Source: Candidatus Hodarchaeota archaeon
GTDB taxonomy: Archaea; Asgardarchaeota; Heimdallarchaeia; Hodarchaeales; Hodarchaeaceae
Assembly (NCBI GenBank): GCA_029856365.1
Contig: JAHQWW010000015.1
Location: 1-52,783 of the forward strand
Length of the DNA stretch: 52,783 nt
Direction of reading: 5' to 3'
The position numbers and the translations under genes were made by a program. The notes beneath the pieces were generated by a model. That model searched no databases, had not been told where the DNA came from, and saw only the letters and a list, made by a program, of their open reading frames with translations. Of this stretch, positions 38,618 to 48,438 are shown in pieces; the first letter of the stretch is position 1, and each line of letters starts with the position of its first letter.

Positions 38618-41233
38618 CTAGTCAGATCTGATCTGATGCCTTCTATATAATATTGTCATTGTTGCTATAGCTGCAATAATAAGGAGACTTTCAAATCCTG
38701 ATGTTACACCTATCGATGGTTCAGAATCACTTGTTTCACTTGTTTCTTCAGGTTCAGTGATTTCCCAATCACAATCCTCTGACCATTCTACTCCCTTGTC
38801 ATCGATTAGGATGAACAGGACTTCATAATCACCTTCTTCAGTGAATTTATATTCAAGAGAGTGTGACCACGATCCAAATGCCTCTATCCATACAAAATTG
38901 TCTTCGTACAGTGTTTCAAATATACCATTGGGTGTTTCGATAGTTATACTAATATTGACAGCCATCCCGTGGTTGAAATAGGATTTAACAAAGAATTCCA
39001 TTTTCTCTTCAGCCCCTACTTCAGCACGATTGACCTGTTCGATATCAAGGTCAAAATACTCTTTTTCTTCTGGTTCATCGGCAATAACTTTCCACCAGCA
39101 ATCAATATACCACTTTGTCTCAAATTCATCGATTATAGTGAAGTATACTCCATATTCACCTTCTTCAGTGAATTCGTATTTTAGAGAATAATTCCATGAT
39201 TCATATGCGTCTATCCAAATACTTCCTTCATATAGAGTTTCAACCACATAATTAGGTGTTTCGATCTCTATGATGATATCAACGTTCATTGAGACATTAA
39301 AATAAGATTTCGTATGAAAATTCATCCATCCAATATCATTTACGTAAGCCTCTCTTTCCTGTTCAATCCAAGTGTCAAAAAAGTCTTCTTCAACCCACCA
39401 CCAACAGTTTTCAACCCACTCCTTTCCCGAATCATCCTCTACGATGAATTGGATGAGAAATTCGCCTGTTTCATTGAACTCATACTCAAGTACGTGATAC
39501 CAATCTCCATATGCTTCTATCTCTACATTTTCCTCATAATATAAAGGTGTAATTACCTCACTAGGCGTTACAATATTTATAGTGATATTTGTCTTCGTTT
39601 GGGAATGGAAATAAGAATTAACCTGAAACTCCATTGGCTTTATATCAGTTACACCAGCATGGTAATCTTGATTTATCCAGAGTTCATAGAAATCCGCTTC
39701 CACATACCACCAGCAATCAACAACCCAGTTTTTCCCTGTCTCATCGATTAAAGTGAAGATGACAATATAATCACCTGCTTGCATGAATTTATAATCAAGC
39801 CATTCATTCCACGATTTATATGCCTCGATTAAAATCATATCCTTCATATACAGTGTTTCAACTGTACCGTTGGGTAATTTGATTTCTATTTTGATGCTAA
39901 CAGTCATTGGATTATCGAAATAGGATTCAGCATAGAATCCCATCTTCCGTGCATCAGTTATCCCAGCATAGTTGTCTTGTTCGATCCAGAGGATAAAAGT
40001 ATCATTTTTCTCTCCTTGGATCTCCCATTCACAGTCAATATACCATTCCATACCAGTTTCATCAATTAAGTTGAATTCAACATAATAGTAACCGATCTGT
40101 GTAAACGTATAGCTAAGCGAGTAATCCCATGACCCATAGGCAGTTATCCCAATATTTTCTTTATAAAACAGGTATTCATATCCACTACTGGGTGTTTCGA
40201 TATTTATGCTAATGTTGACATACTTTGAGTGATTGAAATAAGATATCGCTGAAAATTGCATTGCTCTTTCTTCGTAGAGAAATGCTTGATTATCTTGTCC
40301 AATCCAGAGATCAAAGACATCCTCTTCGACGCCCCACCAGCACTCAACAACCCATTCTTTTCCTGTGTCATCTACTAGCACAAAGTAGACATAATAATCA
40401 CCTGCTTCTTCGAAAGTGTAATCTATAGAAATAACCCACAGCTCATATGCGTTAATCCCAATGTCATCTTTGATATACAATGTTTCAAATGTACCATTTG
40501 GCGTTTCGATTATTATGGTGACATTAACTGTCATCCCATAATCATAGTAAGATTTTGCATTGAAATCCATCACACGCGAGTCATAAATAAATGCGTGAGT
40601 TTCCTGCTCAATCCAAAGGTCAAAACGCTCTAGTGGCTTACCTATGCTGATATCGTCAATCAACCAACCACGATAATAATTTTCTATATCATCAACAGTA
40701 TCAAAGGAGAAACTGATACAAAAATCGTTACTGTACTTGAAATCTGTGATATCAAACGTCCAATACTGCCATCCTTCTAAATTTGGGATCAAACCTAACT
40801 TTTCCCAAGAGGCACCACCATCTGGGGAGATGAAGATCATCTTTTTATCGAATTCTTCAGAATTTTCTGTTTGTGCCCAGCTCCAGAATCCTATTTCAAT
40901 GGACTCGGATAGTCCAGTCAGATCGATGCTATCAGACGTGAGATTTCCGAAATTTCGGTCAGTAGTATTGTAATTACCCGAAATACTATTACCATACCAA
41001 GCATAATGAGAATCGCTCGGTATACCCGAGATTGGCCACAGAGAAGTGTCATTATCCTCGATATGCCAAAGGCCAGTAGCTGTCCATGCTGGAAAGACCG
41101 ATCCTTCAAAATCTTCAAAATAATCGTCACCCAAATCAGCTGCAGCTTGATCAGGGCTCGATGGATTATTGAAGACTAGCAAACATAATGTGGCCAATAT
41201 TGTTAAACATAACCATTTTGAATTATTTTTCAG
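38618..41233 (-). CDS. Surface protein: N-terminal jelly-roll (MAM/immune-inhibitor-A-like) domain, six ~103-aa Ig-like repeats, xGF-type C-terminal sorting signal
   Basis: EDFEG..W...GLWH, SPDGG.SW, GWLIDDI; six F.LWI.Q...DCxW repeats; TSGFE-TM-RR; probable CTG start at 41233. Confidence 0.85.
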   Translation of the reverse strand: MKNNSKWLCLTILATLCLLVFNNPSSPDQAAADLGDDYFEDFEGSVFPAWTATGLWHIEDNDTSLWPISGIPSDSHYAWYGNSISGNYNTTDRNFGNLTSDSIDLTGLSESIEIGFWSWAQTENSEEFDKKMIFISPDGGASWEKLGLIPNLEGWQYWTFDITDFKYSNDFCISFSFDTVDDIENYYRGWLIDDISIGKPLERFDLWIEQETHAFIYDSRVMDFNAKSYYDYGMTVNVTIIIETPNGTFETLYIKDDIGINAYELWVISIDYTFEEAGDYYVYFVLVDDTGKEWVVECWWGVEEDVFDLWIGQDNQAFLYEERAMQFSAISYFNHSKYVNISINIETPSSGYEYLFYKENIGITAYGSWDYSLSYTFTQIGYYYVEFNLIDETGMEWYIDCEWEIQGEKNDTFILWIEQDNYAGITDARKMGFYAESYFDNPMTVSIKIEIKLPNGTVETLYMKDMILIEAYKSWNEWLDYKFMQAGDYIVIFTLIDETGKNWVVDCWWYVEADFYELWINQDYHAGVTDIKPMEFQVNSYFHSQTKTNITINIVTPSEVITPLYYEENVEIEAYGDWYHVLEYEFNETGEFLIQFIVEDDSGKEWVENCWWWVEEDFFDTWIEQEREAYVNDIGWMNFHTKSYFNVSMNVDIIIEIETPNYVVETLYEGSIWIDAYESWNYSLKYEFTEEGEYGVYFTIIDEFETKWYIDCWWKVIADEPEEKEYFDLDIEQVNRAEVGAEEKMEFFVKSYFNHGMAVNISITIETPNGIFETLYEDNFVWIEAFGSWSHSLEYKFTEEGDYEVLFILIDDKGVEWSEDCDWEITEPEETSETSDSEPSIGVTSGFESLLIIAAIATMTILYRRHQIRSD
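38750..40630 (-). repeat. Six tandem intragenic repeats of about 310 bp
   Basis: Shared F.LWI.Q, SY[FY], TP, I.A[YF]..W, Y.F...G.Y, D..G..W...C.W. Confidence 0.9.
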
Positions 41234-41535
41234 TTACAGTCACCTTACTTAACTATGGATTAATGTAAACATGTAATTTTTATTTACTTGACATCCTTTT
41301 TAAACCACCCTGAAATAAAAATCCGCAAAAATCCTGTATAGAATTAGATTTTACTTATAATTCAATAACCATACAACTGGGGTCGATAAGATGATTTTCA
41401 ATCAATTTCAGAGTTTTTTCAGTTTTCTTTTTTTTTGATGAAAGACAAATTAAAGAATCTAATTCTTCTAGAAATTATTTTGAAGTAAATAATAAAAGGC
41501 GATAAGCGACGAAAAACTCTTGGGAGTAAAGGACT

Positions 41536-42498
41536 ATGCAAAAGAAATCAATGCAATTAACGATACTGTTCTTCTTGGCTCTTTTCATTACTTTTGGATC
41601 AATTCAAATAGCTTCTACTTATTCTTTGGCTGAAACACAAGTCCTTAAACATAACAAAATTAAGGATAATCCACTTTATGATTTGTTTTGGATGCAATCA
41701 GAAAAAAGCAATGTTGATGCGTATGCAAATTGGTTTATAGAAGAACAATCTTACTGGTATCTTTATGGTGAAAATGCACTTGGTGCTCCAGATGAGGAAT
41801 TTGCTATAATCTACATAGACTATGCAAACGGCTATCTTATCTTAGACATGGGATTAAATCAAGAAATTGTTAATGGAACAGGACCAGACTTTACAGTTAT
41901 AACTGGAGGCGGTGAATACATTGTTAGAGTTGGTAATAATTTCACTAGTCCTTTTACAATTATAGGAACTGGGAGTGGTAACAAAAGCTACGATCTATCA
42001 GTAGTAGGATTTACCTCTGCTAGATATGTCTGGATCGAATGCATTACTGAAGAAGAGAATGTCGAGTTAGATGCGATTGAAGCACTTAATTATAATCAAC
42101 CTGATTTCGAGGCGGATCCCCCTCAAATTACTGGACCTGAAGATTTTTGGATTTGGTCAGATCAAACGACAGTTCAGGTATCATGGGAGGTATCTGATCT
42201 TAATCCATACAACTACTCTATCCTAATCGGGAATGCAATGGTGGAACAGAGTTCATGGGATGAATCGTTGATTACGTATAAATTAGGATTGACAGATAAA
42301 AATGATACTGTCGAAATCACTATAATACTTGAGGATATCTTCCAGAACCGTGCAGAAGACACAGTAACAATCGAACTTCGTTCACGACCTTCAACATCTG
42401 AAAGCAATCCAAGTAGTTTTCCAGTTATTTCTCTTCTAAGTGGACTTTTAACCATCTTGTTGTTGCGAAAGGGAAATAATCGAAAAGATAGAAGATAG
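41536..42498 (+). CDS. Secreted, C-terminally anchored cell-surface protein
   Basis: Signal peptide, NALGAPD...LDMG...NGTGPDF, VELDAIEA, Ig-like domain, TM plus basic tail. Confidence 0.8.
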   Translation: MQKKSMQLTILFFLALFITFGSIQIASTYSLAETQVLKHNKIKDNPLYDLFWMQSEKSNVDAYANWFIEEQSYWYLYGENALGAPDEEFAIIYIDYANGYLILDMGLNQEIVNGTGPDFTVITGGGEYIVRVGNNFTSPFTIIGTGSGNKSYDLSVVGFTSARYVWIECITEEENVELDAIEALNYNQPDFEADPPQITGPEDFWIWSDQTTVQVSWEVSDLNPYNYSILIGNAMVEQSSWDESLITYKLGLTDKNDTVEITIILEDIFQNRAEDTVTIELRSRPSTSESNPSSFPVISLLSGLLTILLLRKGNNRKDRR

Positions 42499-42534
42499 AA
42501 AATTAAATTGAAGAAAAGTAATGATTGGATTAAT

Positions 42535-44658
42535 TCATTCAGAATTTTGTTCTTGAATCTCTCGTGTGCTTCTTACTTTCACATATACAATAATTGTGGG
42601 TATAGCAACCATAACACTCCCTATCAGGAACAAAATAGGACCATATGAAAAAAGGATGTTTTGTGATTGTTGATAAATAATTACAGAGTTTTTGATATTA
42701 TCGTTATTTTCGATAATAATTTCAACAACTTTAGCATTGGATGGGAGATTGTTTACTGTGATCTCAAAAGTTGTTGGTTGCCAATGAGGCAGAAATTCAA
42801 ATGATTTCTGAGAAACTTCTTGTCCATCAGCAACTATTCTAAGCATCCCTTGAGAGGTTGTATCTTGTTTGAATGTATTCCATGTTGAAAGATTGATCCA
42901 TAGAAATCTCTCACTTAAATCAAGGGAATGATTATGTATGGTTATGAGTGGTTTTTCATAAAATCTCTCTAGTCGGTGTACCCAATAAAAGGTATTATTT
43001 ACCCCTGGTATTTGTAATTCCCAAGCAATTGTTCCATTTTTTGTCACTTCCGTTAGTATCACAGGATCACGTAAATTGAGGATTAATGCTTTATCTCCAA
43101 AAGTTCCCAATGTGTTTCCGTTTGGTAATCGATCTGCATCTCCACCTGATTCGGGAAAATAGTAGGATTGGCTTGGAGGTACCCATGACCAGATCTCTCT
43201 CATAATGCGGTTCTCTTCATCTATTTCAAATTCTAAAAATCTTGAATGGCCTGAAGAGTTTTCTATTGTCATGGTGGAGGGGTTGGATTTATTAAACAAG
43301 TCATTATCAAACATTATGTATCTATTAGAGCTAATGCGTTCAAAACCATGAGAGTGGCAGAAAAGAGTATCTACTTCTTTTCCTGCTTTATTAAGTAAAG
43401 TGAAGTCCCCACCTCGGCCAGCATCCCAAATTACTTCTCTTGTGGTATAATTAATCTTTAAGATCGTATCAAGATTACGAACATTTAAATAAATGACCTT
43501 GAGGGTTTTATCCCAGGAAAAACTGTTAGCATGCATCCAATCTAACCCACCACGGAAGGTTTCGTTTAAACCTAAGCTTGTATAGCGTGTGGCATTAAAT
43601 GGGAAAAAAATACTGGGATCCCATTGCCACACAATATGACCAGTCCTATTGTATTCCGAAAGAAGGTCATAAGTCACAGTCACATTGTCTTTACCCCATA
43701 TTTCATCTGTATAGTTGTACTCTAACACCATAAAAGTGTCTGTGACGGGATTATAATCAAAATCATGGTGTCCTCCTGGTACGGCTAGCGATTCAACCTT
43801 TTCGTTTCTATAATCATATAATTCCATATAACCCTCTTGACCACCCATTAAAAAAGCCGTTGAATTGATGAATTCATGTACTGAATGCGAAGAACCTTCA
43901 AGTTTTGTTACTATCTTCCCTCTATTGTCTACTATTATGACAGAACCTTGACCTATCAGTGATTTATGTTGTTTTCCTGGTTGTTCGGGGTTAATAGTCA
44001 CCTCAAAACACGGAAAGAGGGTCAACCCTTCTTCATTATAGAGCTCACTTATCTCAGCTGTAATTTCAATAGTAGGCCCACCAAAAATAGCTGGAGAGTA
44101 GGTATCCATTACAGTTGCGCTTACAATATTCGTAATTTCAGCAACTTTAAGCGCTTCATCAAAAGAACCTTCATATATCAAATTACCTTTTAGAAAAGCT
44201 GATAATGGTGTTTCCTCTTGCATCAGAATTTCAGTGAAGGTTTTGAAATCTAATTTTATTACAAGTCCGTAATTTTGAGGTGGATTTGTACCTACTTCTA
44301 CAATAGCAGAGTCATTTTCGATTATCCACCACATATCATAGGTAGTATTCTCTATTTCGAATAGGACTGTCTGTTCCCAATTTTTGACTAAGTGTAGAAT
44401 ATCAGGACAGTTGTCAGCCATCCATTGGCTAAAATCAAGGAACTTCTGGCCGTCTTCCTCCAAAGTAAAGGTATTATTTTCTAATTTCTCTTTTATATTA
44501 TTTCTAGTAACGACAATATACTCTGGAGCATCATCCAAAGTGAAAGGTGGAGGTTTCTGTCCCATTCTTAAAACATTAGAGAGTATAAAAATTAGAGGAA
44601 TGCTTATGATAATTATGACAATACTGATAATGAGGAGTATTTTCACAGATTTCCGCAT
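42535..44658 (-). CDS. Arylsulfotransferase (ASST-like beta-propeller) fused to an N-terminal SCP2 lipid-binding domain
   Basis: SCP2 signature PLSAFLKGNL..EG...AL; ASST motifs HHDF, DWMHANS, HSH, FDN, DADRLPNGNTL; TM at both ends. Confidence 0.82.
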   Translation of the reverse strand: MRKSVKILLIISIVIIIISIPLIFILSNVLRMGQKPPPFTLDDAPEYIVVTRNNIKEKLENNTFTLEEDGQKFLDFSQWMADNCPDILHLVKNWEQTVLFEIENTTYDMWWIIENDSAIVEVGTNPPQNYGLVIKLDFKTFTEILMQEETPLSAFLKGNLIYEGSFDEALKVAEITNIVSATVMDTYSPAIFGGPTIEITAEISELYNEEGLTLFPCFEVTINPEQPGKQHKSLIGQGSVIIVDNRGKIVTKLEGSSHSVHEFINSTAFLMGGQEGYMELYDYRNEKVESLAVPGGHHDFDYNPVTDTFMVLEYNYTDEIWGKDNVTVTYDLLSEYNRTGHIVWQWDPSIFFPFNATRYTSLGLNETFRGGLDWMHANSFSWDKTLKVIYLNVRNLDTILKINYTTREVIWDAGRGGDFTLLNKAGKEVDTLFCHSHGFERISSNRYIMFDNDLFNKSNPSTMTIENSSGHSRFLEFEIDEENRIMREIWSWVPPSQSYYFPESGGDADRLPNGNTLGTFGDKALILNLRDPVILTEVTKNGTIAWELQIPGVNNTFYWVHRLERFYEKPLITIHNHSLDLSERFLWINLSTWNTFKQDTTSQGMLRIVADGQEVSQKSFEFLPHWQPTTFEITVNNLPSNAKVVEIIIENNDNIKNSVIIYQQSQNILFSYGPILFLIGSVMVAIPTIIVYVKVRSTREIQEQNSE

Positions 44659-44849
44659 GAATGATCCACATTAGGGGAGATAATAAAAATATTTTGGTAT
44701 ATTTACGGATTGACACCTTCCTATCACCGTCAATTCTTGATTAACATTAATTTACATCTACTAAACGAAGTAAGGAGTCATTCCTTGGAGTTTCATGAAC
44801 TTAAAGAATTAATATTTACTTGAATGCCTTAATTTCAGCATAGAAGTCA

Positions 44850-45986
44850 TTAAAGGAAATAACCGTACTTCTCTGCAATTTCTCCAGCTGTGTGAATTAT
44901 TTCCTCTCGTTCCTTTCTATTGAATTTAGTTATATAATATGTAGGTTTGTGTAATCGTCTGGAATAGTATTTTTTTATTTATATAAACTTCTCAGAGTCA
45001 ACTTCAATATGGTCGATGATTCTGTCAATCATTATCTCAGAATTTTCACAAAGATCTTCATAACGAACTACAAGACTTGCTTTTGCTAGATTTGTCTTTG
45101 TTTTTAGCTGTTTGAGAATATATGAATATGTTTCTGACCAATAGACAGCCCAACCTTCGATATATGTTTCTTTATGATTCCATAGTTGTCGAATTCTTTG
45201 AATTATCTTAGGGTTATCAAAGTTTATACAGACCTTTGCGGTGCCGAACTCCCGATGTCCAATTATCTTCGTCCAGTCCAGCAATCGGGGGTCGTCATAT
45301 TCCAATTCTTTTAAAATTCTGTCTTGTTTAACTAGAGAAGCAATATGATCAAAGGGATTCCGAACAATAATGATAAATTTTACATCAGGAAACAATCTAT
45401 GTAAATACTCCATCCGGGCAACATTATAATTATTTTTAGCTAAATAACGAGTGGCATTTCGATTAATTAATAGTTTTTTGATGTGATCCCGATAAAAGGA
45501 TTCAAATTGAAGGTTCTGAACTTGAACATCCAAGATATTTGAAATTGTTTCATCATGAAGATTCTCGAAAAATTTCTGCCAAAAAATTTCCTCAACTGCT
45601 TCGGGACTATCCCGAGTGACCGTGATTCTATCTTTATGTAGCCGTTCGACTGGTGATGTCATTAAGGGGGTATAATTGGCTATAACTTGAGTCCAATGGG
45701 GTGTATAAGGTAGAACCATATGTAAGTATCGATGTCCAGCTACATCGGGGTGTTGATTAAGCATTTCTAAAGTAATTGTGGTTCCAGCCCGAGCTAATCC
45801 AATTATATATATTGGCCGGTCGATATCAACCTGTTCTAATTTTTTCTTCAATTGAAATGATTCAATAGTGTGCACGGCATTTGCAAGGAAGGGGAATTCA
45901 TGGAAAAACTTCGCGATAAAATACATCGGTACTGGAAAGTCGAACTCTTTGTATTTTCTTGATTTCTTTTTCTTAAGTTTAATCAT
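44850..45986 (-). pseudogene. PAPS-dependent sulfotransferase with a premature TAA at 44979-44981
   Basis: PIYIIGLARAGTT, IVRNPFD.IASL, VRYEDL; the frame continues 42 codons past the TAA (HKPTYY...AEKYGYFL*); likely start ATG 45986. Confidence 0.8.
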
Positions 45987-46442
45987 GTCATTTTTCACAC
46001 ATATTTTAGGTCTAATTTTATGGTTAAAGGATTGAAGACTATTAAAGCTATTATGTAGGTATATCTTAATATCTCTTCTTAACATTTCTGCAACATATTC
46101 TGACAACAATGCCCCAGAGAAGCCCCAATATAGAATACGAGGGCCGATTAGACGCAAATAATGGTGAGGATGACGCCTGGGAAGAGGGGTCACTTGGTAT
46201 CGTGGATACACCAAGCTTGACAAGGACATCAACAGTTTCGTGGGTCATTTTGCTAGCTGTGGATACTTAAACGCCTGATTAAAATATCTAAAGCCTAATA
46301 ACTCAAACTGTATTTTTCAAACGCTTTTATATTTTATTCTTTAATAAGATGATAAAACATTAGAATATTTCTTGAGAAGACTTAAATGGTCTATAATTTT
46401 ATTTTCAAAGCATTCAATTCATGAATAACATGGGTAAAAGCC

Positions 46443-48320
46443 ATGAATAGCTCTAAAGCCGATTCTAAAGGAAGAACGTTTAAATTTCAAGCTGAAGTTC
46501 AACGAATATTAGATATTCTAATAAACCGGCTATATAAGAATCAGGAAATATTCCTTCGGGAATTAATTTCGAATTCTGCTGATGCTCTACATCGAATGCG
46601 AATTGCTCAATTAGAAACCAAAGATCCTATCCTTGATCCTAACGCTGAACTTGGAATCAAGATTACATTTGACGAGGATGAAAATACATTAACAGTTTCC
46701 GATACAGGAATTGGAATGACCTATAAGGAAATTCGTACTAATCTTGGAACTATAGCTCAAAGTGGTACCCTCGAATTTCTACAACAATTAGAAGATTCTC
46801 CTGATGCGATAAATCTGATTGGCGAATTTGGGGTGGGATTTTATAGCGCATTCATTGTGGCAAAAGAGATAATTGTCCGATCTCGTTCCTATCCTGAAGA
46901 TTCCCGTGGAGTTGAATGGCGATCTGATGGATCAGGTAAGTTTTCCATTGCGTATATCGACAAACCTGAAAGGGGAACTGAAGTCATTCTTTATTTAAAG
47001 GATGATGCTAAAGAGTTTGCTAATAGGTTTAAACTAGAATCTATTATCAAAAAATATAGTGATTTTGTAGGCTTCCCCATTCGCATTGGTGACGATGACC
47101 AAATAGTGAATCGTCAAGTTCCTATTTGGTACCAATCTGATGAAGTAACTGATGAAGAATTTAATGAATTCTATCGTCAAGTGAGTTTAGATTGGACGGA
47201 ACCATTCCACCGGATACATTTAAGTGTTGATGCCCCAATCCAATTTCGAGCATTACTATTTCTTCCGAATCAACGTAACCGAATGATGATGACCTCAATG
47301 TATCAAGATTATGGTCTTCGTTTATACAGCAAGAAGATCTTAGTTCAGGAAAAAGCGAAGGACCTCTTACCAGAATATCTTCGTTTCGTTTTTGGGGTCG
47401 TTGATTCAGAAGATCTCCCGCTTAATGTATCTAGAGAAGTAATTCAGGTAGATCGAACTATTCGTCGTATATCAAAAGTTATTACAGGTAAAATCTTAGA
47501 TGAACTTGAAAAAGTTGCTGATGAAAATGAAGACAAATTCCTAAGTTGGTGGGCCCAATTTGGTGTTTTTATCAAAGAAGGAATAACTCAAGATGAAAAG
47601 CGCAGAAAGAATTTACTTAGGATCCTTCGAATTCAAACTTCTAAATCAGGGGATCAACTAATCTCTTTGACAAAATATATAGAACGTATGCCTAAAGAAC
47701 AGGAAGAAATTATGTATTTACTTGGTGAGAATTTAGCGATCTTGAAGCGAAGCCCTCATCTAGAATACTACGAGAAGTTGGATCAAGAAGTCATTCTCTT
47801 CGATGATCCCATTGATTCCTTTGTAATGATGCATGTCCAAGAGTTTCAAGATAAGAAGTTCAAACCCATTGATCAAGCTGAACCTGCTAAGGATAAAGAA
47901 GAAGAAATGGCGGAAAAAGAGGAGAAAGAAGAAGAACCTGAGAAAGACTCCTTTCTTACTCACATAAAAGAACTGTTAGGAGATCGGATAATTGACATTC
48001 GCTATACAGAGTTTCTTACAGATAGTCCATGTCGTCTTGTAAACCCTAGTGGGACTGCTACTTTTACCCGTGTTTTAAAATACATGGATGAAAACTATGT
48101 ACCTCAAAAGAAGATTATGGAAATTAACGCAAATCACCCCCTAATAACACACCTAAAAACTCTTGTTGAAAAAGAACCAGAATCTCCCCTCATTCAGACA
48201 TGTGCTTTACAATTACTGGAAAATCAAGAATTAGCTGAAGGAACTTTACAGGATCCAACTGAAATGGTTAAGCGAGTAAACCAGCTAATGCAACAGGTTC
48301 TAAATAAGTCTAGGAAGTAA
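46443..48320 (+). CDS. htpG: Molecular chaperone HtpG/Hsp90
   Basis: FQAEV, EIFLRELISNSADA, DTGIGM, NLGTIAQSGT, IGEFGVGFYSAF, GVVDSEDLPLNVSRE, EINANHPLI. Confidence 0.96.
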   Translation: MNSSKADSKGRTFKFQAEVQRILDILINRLYKNQEIFLRELISNSADALHRMRIAQLETKDPILDPNAELGIKITFDEDENTLTVSDTGIGMTYKEIRTNLGTIAQSGTLEFLQQLEDSPDAINLIGEFGVGFYSAFIVAKEIIVRSRSYPEDSRGVEWRSDGSGKFSIAYIDKPERGTEVILYLKDDAKEFANRFKLESIIKKYSDFVGFPIRIGDDDQIVNRQVPIWYQSDEVTDEEFNEFYRQVSLDWTEPFHRIHLSVDAPIQFRALLFLPNQRNRMMMTSMYQDYGLRLYSKKILVQEKAKDLLPEYLRFVFGVVDSEDLPLNVSREVIQVDRTIRRISKVITGKILDELEKVADENEDKFLSWWAQFGVFIKEGITQDEKRRKNLLRILRIQTSKSGDQLISLTKYIERMPKEQEEIMYLLGENLAILKRSPHLEYYEKLDQEVILFDDPIDSFVMMHVQEFQDKKFKPIDQAEPAKDKEEEMAEKEEKEEEPEKDSFLTHIKELLGDRIIDIRYTEFLTDSPCRLVNPSGTATFTRVLKYMDENYVPQKKIMEINANHPLITHLKTLVEKEPESPLIQTCALQLLENQELAEGTLQDPTEMVKRVNQLMQQVLNKSRK

Positions 48321-48337
48321 TTTTATTAAAAAGAATA

Positions 48338-48351
48338 CTCCCCTTGGGGAG
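48338..48351 (+). terminator. Short GC hairpin downstream of htpG
   Basis: CTCCCC-tt-GGGGAG 17 bp after the stop, followed by AT/T-rich sequence. Confidence 0.4.
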
Positions 48352-48438
48352 AATAAATTTTGTATAATTGCCAAAGATTCCCCCAATTAATGATAAATCT
48401 TAAATTACATAAAATATATGCAGGTGTTGCTAATTTAA

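Noticed and set aside
38750-40630. Diversity-generating retroelement or CRISPR interpretation of the repeats
   Set aside because: The repeats are in-frame protein domains diverged at all base types; no reverse transcriptase or cas gene is present.
2039-47963. Numerous short antisense or alternative-frame ORFs in the track (e.g. 2810, 5575, 15483, 24771, 27511, 31320, 38969, 43966, 47760)
   Set aside because: They overlap well-supported genes and are shadow ORFs.
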